Source: a bacterium (GTDB lineage Bacteria; Bacteroidota; Bacteroidia; Bacteroidales; Bacteroidaceae). Taken from it: a stretch of DNA of 64,000 nt. The DNA is taken from NCBI GenBank assembly GCA_963627995.1, contig CAVGCV010000010.1:954-64953 (forward strand). Direction: 5' to 3'. Made by a program: the position numbers and the translations under genes. Numbering within the stretch: the stretch's first letter is position 1; every line of letters begins with the position of its first letter. A model generated the notes under the pieces. The model was not told the DNA's origin. It searched no databases and saw nothing but the letters and a program-made list of their open reading frames with translations. This document shows positions 60,441 to 64,000 of this stretch, piece after piece.

Positions 60441-60782
60441 ATGGCGCGAGACAACAACTGGAAAGAACGGCTGGGAATGGTGTACTCCACCAATCCCCGT
60501 TTTGACTTCGACACCGGCGAGGGACTGGAGCAGGAGACGCTTCCGAAGGAGCGGCAGGAACTGCGCGTGTCCATCGAGAAGGCCGGAAGGGGCGGCAAGG
60601 TCGTCACGCTGGTCAAAGGCTTCGTGGGGGCGGAGGCTGACCTGAAGGCTCTTGGCAAACTGCTGAAGACGAAATGCGGCGTAGGGGGCAGCGCGAAGGA
60701 TGGCGAAATCCTGGTTCAGGGCGACCACAGGCCGAAGGTGCTCCAGCTGCTGCTGGCAGAGGGCTATACCCGTTCAAAGTGA
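60441..60782 (+). CDS. yciH: Translation initiation factor SUI1/YciH family
   Basis: ORF 60096.. (which reads through both tRNAs) trimmed to MARDNNWKERLGMVYSTNPRFDF...RVSIEKAGRGGKVVTLVKGF...LKTKCGVGGSAKDGEILVQGDHR. 113 aa. Confidence 0.88.
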   Translation: MARDNNWKERLGMVYSTNPRFDFDTGEGLEQETLPKERQELRVSIEKAGRGGKVVTLVKGFVGAEADLKALGKLLKTKCGVGGSAKDGEILVQGDHRPKVLQLLLAEGYTRSK

Positions 60783-60905
60783 TTCTCCCTCCGCTTCTCT
60801 CGGCGTTTTGAGGCAGGACGGAGCAAGGGGGGGCTGTGAGGGCTAACAGGTTGCCAGTCTCTGCATTAAAAAATGCAAATCATCCGATAATATACGGAAA
60901 AGTCG

Positions 60906-60913
60906 TATCTTTG
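60906..60913 (+). promoter_or_regulatory. -7 promoter box TATCTTTG for parA-parB
   Basis: Exact TAnnTTTG match 73 bp upstream of the ATG at 60986. Confidence 0.45.
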
Positions 60914-60985
60914 CAAGCGTATTGAGAATATACGGAGGGGGAATGGCGCGGGAATTTGCACGTTCTCCTGCTAAACAGAAAGACT

Positions 60986-61792
60986 ATGAGCAAAATCATT
61001 GCATTGGCCAACCAGAAGGGCGGGGTAGGAAAGACCACGACAACCATCAACCTTGCGGCATCGTTGGCAACGATGGAACAGAAAGTGCTGGTCGTCGATG
61101 CCGACCCACAGGCTAATGCGTCGTCCGGCTTGGGCGTTGATATCCAATCTGTTGAAACTTCCATATACGACTGCATCATCAGTAATGTTATCAGCGCCTC
61201 CAACCGGCAGGAGAAGCCCATAGACCCGCACGAGGCCATCTACACGTCCGACATCGAGGGGCTGGACATCATCCCCAGCCACATCAACCTCGTGGGGGCG
61301 GAAGTGGAGATGATCAACCTCTCCCACCGGGAACTGGTGCTGCGCAACGTGCTTGAGCCATTGAGAAAAGAATACGACTACATCCTGATTGACTGCTCCC
61401 CCTCCCTGGGCTTGATTACGACCAACTCGCTGACTGCTGCGGACTCGGTGATTATCCCAGTCCAGTGCGAGTATTTTGCCTTGGAGGGAATCAGCAAGCT
61501 GTTGCAGACCATCAAGATTATCAAGTCGAAACTGAATCCGAGTTTGGAAATCGAGGGCTTCCTGCTGACCATGTTCGACTCTCGTCTGAAACTGGCCAAC
61601 CAGGTGTACGACGAGGTGAAGCGGCATTTTCAGGAGCTTGTCTTCAAGACCGTCATCCAGCGCAACGTCAAGTTGAGCGAGGCTCCGGGGCATGGAATCC
61701 CCTGCCTGCTGTATGACATCACGTCGGTGGGCGCAAAGAACTATTTGGCGCTGGCCAAGGAGGTGATAGAGAAGAATGCGCCGAAATCCTGA
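60986..61792 (+). CDS. parA: Chromosome partitioning ATPase ParA/Soj
   Basis: ORF trimmed to MSKIIALANQKGGVGKTTTTINLAASLA (deviant Walker A). VVDADPQANAS, IIDCSPSLG. 268 aa. Confidence 0.95.
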   Translation: MSKIIALANQKGGVGKTTTTINLAASLATMEQKVLVVDADPQANASSGLGVDIQSVETSIYDCIISNVISASNRQEKPIDPHEAIYTSDIEGLDIIPSHINLVGAEVEMINLSHRELVLRNVLEPLRKEYDYILIDCSPSLGLITTNSLTAADSVIIPVQCEYFALEGISKLLQTIKIIKSKLNPSLEIEGFLLTMFDSRLKLANQVYDEVKRHFQELVFKTVIQRNVKLSEAPGHGIPCLLYDITSVGAKNYLALAKEVIEKNAPKS

Positions 61793-61810
61793 TTCTTTTG
61801 GTTCTTAACA

Positions 61811-62692
61811 ATGGCAGTAAAGAAAAAATACAGCGGGGCTCTCGGCCGCGGCCTTGACGCCCTGATTTCTACCGAGGACATCCGCACGGAAGGCTCCTCC
61901 ACCATCAACGAAGTCGATATCCGCCTGATAGATGCCAATCCGCACCAGCCGCGTCGGGAGTTCGACGAAGAGGCTTTGCAGGAACTGGCCGACTCCATCG
62001 CGGAAATTGGGATTATCCAGCCCATCACCCTCCGGCAGATGGAAAACGGACGCTACCAGATCATTGCGGGAGAGCGCCGCTGGCGGGCGTCGCAAAAAGC
62101 CAATTTGACATCCATCCCTGCCTATATTCGCACGGCGGACGACGAGAACGTGATGGAAATGGCGCTGATTGAGAACATCCAGCGTCAGGACTTGAACTCT
62201 GTAGAGATAGCCCTTGCCTATCAGCATCTGATTGACCAGTACGGACTTACGCAGGAAAAGCTCGCCGACCGCGTCGGGAAGAAGCGGACGACCGTGGCCA
62301 ACTTCCTGCGCCTGCTGAAACTGCCGGCTCCCGTGCAGGTGGCCCTTCAGAATCACGAGATAGACACGGGCCACGCGCGGGCCTTGCTCGCCCTCGACAA
62401 TCCGAAGCAGCAGGTGAAGCTGTTTAAGGAAATCCAGCAGAAAGGCTATTCTGTCCGCAAGGTGGAGGAACTGATTCGGGGGCTGAAAGAGGGCGATTCC
62501 GATGGCTCTCCCCGTCCGGTGTCGGCGAAGACGCAACTTTCGGGCGAATATGAGGCGATGAGGCAACAGTTGGCCGACACTCTTGGAACGGCGGTGAAGA
62601 TGACCTGCTCTCCCAAGGGCGCGGGAAAAGTTACGTTCTCTTTTAATGACGTGGACGAGTTGAGGAGAATACTTGCTTTGATTGCAAAGTAG
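61811..62692 (+). CDS. parB: Chromosome partitioning protein ParB/Spo0J
   Basis: 293 aa. GRGLDALI, NPHQPRREFDEEALQELADSI...GIIQPITLR, IIAGERRWRAS, HTH region. Confidence 0.95.
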   Translation: MAVKKKYSGALGRGLDALISTEDIRTEGSSTINEVDIRLIDANPHQPRREFDEEALQELADSIAEIGIIQPITLRQMENGRYQIIAGERRWRASQKANLTSIPAYIRTADDENVMEMALIENIQRQDLNSVEIALAYQHLIDQYGLTQEKLADRVGKKRTTVANFLRLLKLPAPVQVALQNHEIDTGHARALLALDNPKQQVKLFKEIQQKGYSVRKVEELIRGLKEGDSDGSPRPVSAKTQLSGEYEAMRQQLADTLGTAVKMTCSPKGAGKVTFSFNDVDELRRILALIAK

Positions 62693-62716
62693 TTCTCTTA
62701 ATGCCAGGTGGAAGTG

Positions 62717-63463
62717 ATGTCGCTGTATAGGATGCTCATTGCCGTTGCGCTGCTTTTGCCTTTTGGCGGCGAGGGCTTCGCACAGGAGCAGTCGGGGGAT
62801 TCACTGGCGGCAGAAACAAGGGCGGACAGCCTGTATAAGGAGATAGACATAGCGGGGGAGGCGGACTCGTTGGTGGAAGAGGCCGGGCGCTTGTTGGAGG
62901 CCTCTGCCGACTCGTTGCAGCAGATGCAGGCCGTGCTGGCGAAAAGCCTGCAATGGCAGCCCGACCCGAAAAAGGCCATGTGGCTTGCCATCGTCTTTCC
63001 CGGAGGGGGGCAGATATACAATCGCAAGTACTGGAAATTGCCGCTGTTTTATGGCGGATTCATTGGCTGCATTTATGCCATGAACTGGAACAACACGATG
63101 TACCACGATTACTCTCAGGCCTACATCGACATCATGGACGACGATCCGAACACCAAGAGCTATGAGAACTTCCTGCCTTCGTCGTATGACGTGAATGCCA
63201 ACATGGAGCGTTTGCAGACGCTTTTCCAGCGGAAAAAGAACTATTACCGGCGCTACCGCGACCTTAGCATCTTCTGCATGATTGGCGTTTATGCACTCTC
63301 CATCATCGACGCATACGTGGATGCGGAGCTGTCGAGTTTCGACATCGGCCCGGACTTGAGCATGAAGGTGCGCCCGTCGGTGTTTTCCGACCGCCAAACC
63401 GCCATGCGTCCGACGGGGAACACGTCGAATCATTACGGAGTGCAATGCTCGCTTACTTTCTGA
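62717..63463 (+). CDS. DUF5683-like membrane/periplasmic protein conserved downstream of parB in Bacteroidota
   Basis: ORF 62708 (GTG) trimmed to the ATG at 62717. Signal peptide. Block AMWLAIVFPGGGQIYNRKYWKLPLFYGGFIGCIYAMNWN...YRRYRDLSIFCMIGVYALSIIDAYVDAEL matches my memory of DUF5683. Confidence 0.7.
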   Translation: MSLYRMLIAVALLLPFGGEGFAQEQSGDSLAAETRADSLYKEIDIAGEADSLVEEAGRLLEASADSLQQMQAVLAKSLQWQPDPKKAMWLAIVFPGGGQIYNRKYWKLPLFYGGFIGCIYAMNWNNTMYHDYSQAYIDIMDDDPNTKSYENFLPSSYDVNANMERLQTLFQRKKNYYRRYRDLSIFCMIGVYALSIIDAYVDAELSSFDIGPDLSMKVRPSVFSDRQTAMRPTGNTSNHYGVQCSLTF

Positions 63464-63475
63464 CCCCATCAAGAT

Positions 63476-64000
63476 ATGTACAGAACCATGGAACGAACAT
63501 TTTTGATATTACTCTTTTCCCTATTGGCGACGTGTGGCGTTCGCGCGCAAACGGAACAGCCTTTTGCCGGCACTGTTGCCAATGGCGACAGCATTGATTT
63601 GACGGCGGGCATGGCTGCGGACGAAGACGAGCTGATGAACGATTACAACAACCGGACGAACCTGTCCGAGGGCGTAGCCGTGGCGCGCGACCTGCCTTAT
63701 GACGACCAGCTGATTCTTAATCGCCTCTCGCGCATCCCGACAACCATCGACCTCCCTCTTAACGACGTGACCCGCAAGTACATCGACACGTACAGCAACC
63801 GCATGCGCCGCTCCGTGTCCATCATGCTGGGGGCGGCCAACTTCTATATGCCCATCTTTGAGGAGGCGCTCGAGCGCTACAGCCTCCCTCTTGAGTTGAA
63901 ATATCTTCCCGTCATCGAGTCGGCCCTTCGTCCGTCGGCCACCTCTCGCGCCGGCGCGTCGGGGCTTTGGCAGTTCATGCCGGCAACGGGAAAGCACTAC
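63476..64000 (+). CDS. Lytic murein transglycosylase (SLT domain, MltD-like), N-terminal part; continues beyond window end
   Basis: Own translation from the ATG at 63476: MYRTMERTFLILLFSLLATCGVRAQ...PLNDVTRKYIDTYSNRMRRSVSIMLGAANFYMPIFEEALERYSLPLELKYLPVIESALRPSATSRAGASGLWQFMPATGKHY. Contains the ES...GLWQFM SLT motif. Not in the ORF track because it has no stop within the window. Confidence 0.88.
   Translation, partial: MYRTMERTFLILLFSLLATCGVRAQTEQPFAGTVANGDSIDLTAGMAADEDELMNDYNNRTNLSEGVAVARDLPYDDQLILNRLSRIPTTIDLPLNDVTRKYIDTYSNRMRRSVSIMLGAANFYMPIFEEALERYSLPLELKYLPVIESALRPSATSRAGASGLWQFMPATGKHY

Noticed and set aside
60986-62692. parA/parB as evidence for a plasmid or mobile element
   Set aside because: They are embedded in chromosomal housekeeping synteny (mutL, ompA, tRNAs, yciH, then parAB, DUF5683-like, transglycosylase), and there are no replication or conjugation genes.

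Overview
The window looks like a chromosomal segment of a Bacteroidota (Bacteroidales-type) genome. The evidence is tandem SusC/SusD pairs, an LpxC-FabZ fusion gene, T9SS-type C-terminal sorting tails, and TAnnTTTG -7 promoter boxes in front of most transcription units. No searches were run, so every family call rests on motifs I recognise in the translations. Layout: (1) 1-12.4 kb is a very GC-rich cluster of six secreted glycoside hydrolases (three GH43 plus one GH43-like, GH97, GH2, GH115) with no transporter or regulator. (2) 12.9-30.5 kb is a seven-gene minus-strand operon of lower GC: FAS1 lipoprotein, SusC, SusD, FAS1, FAS1, SusC, SusD, with no enzyme and no regulator. This is my best candidate for an uncharacterised system. 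(3) 31.0-33.9 kb encodes a 976-aa T9SS-targeted multidomain hydrolase (clan GH-A, GH128-like core, with lectin-like modules). (4) 34.5-64 kb is housekeeping: lpxD, lpxC/fabZ, lpxA, miaA, tRNA-Arg, GAF/fRMsr, nitroreductase, mannose-1-P guanylyltransferase, thioredoxin-fold lipoprotein, tig, clpP, clpX, recQ, guaB, two PPIases, OstA-like, mutL, ompA, tRNA-Pro, tRNA-Val, sui1/yciH, parA, parB, DUF5683-like, and a lytic transglycosylase (partial). The most unusual non-coding signal is a dispersed ~110-bp intergenic element present five times. Each copy is made of exactly five 22-bp modules around the core TCTGCGGAG, and module orientation varies between copies while the 22-bp register is kept. 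I found no rRNA, CRISPR array, transposase, integrase, or recognisable defence genes. Many long ORFs in the track are antisense shadows of GC3-rich genes and were rejected.
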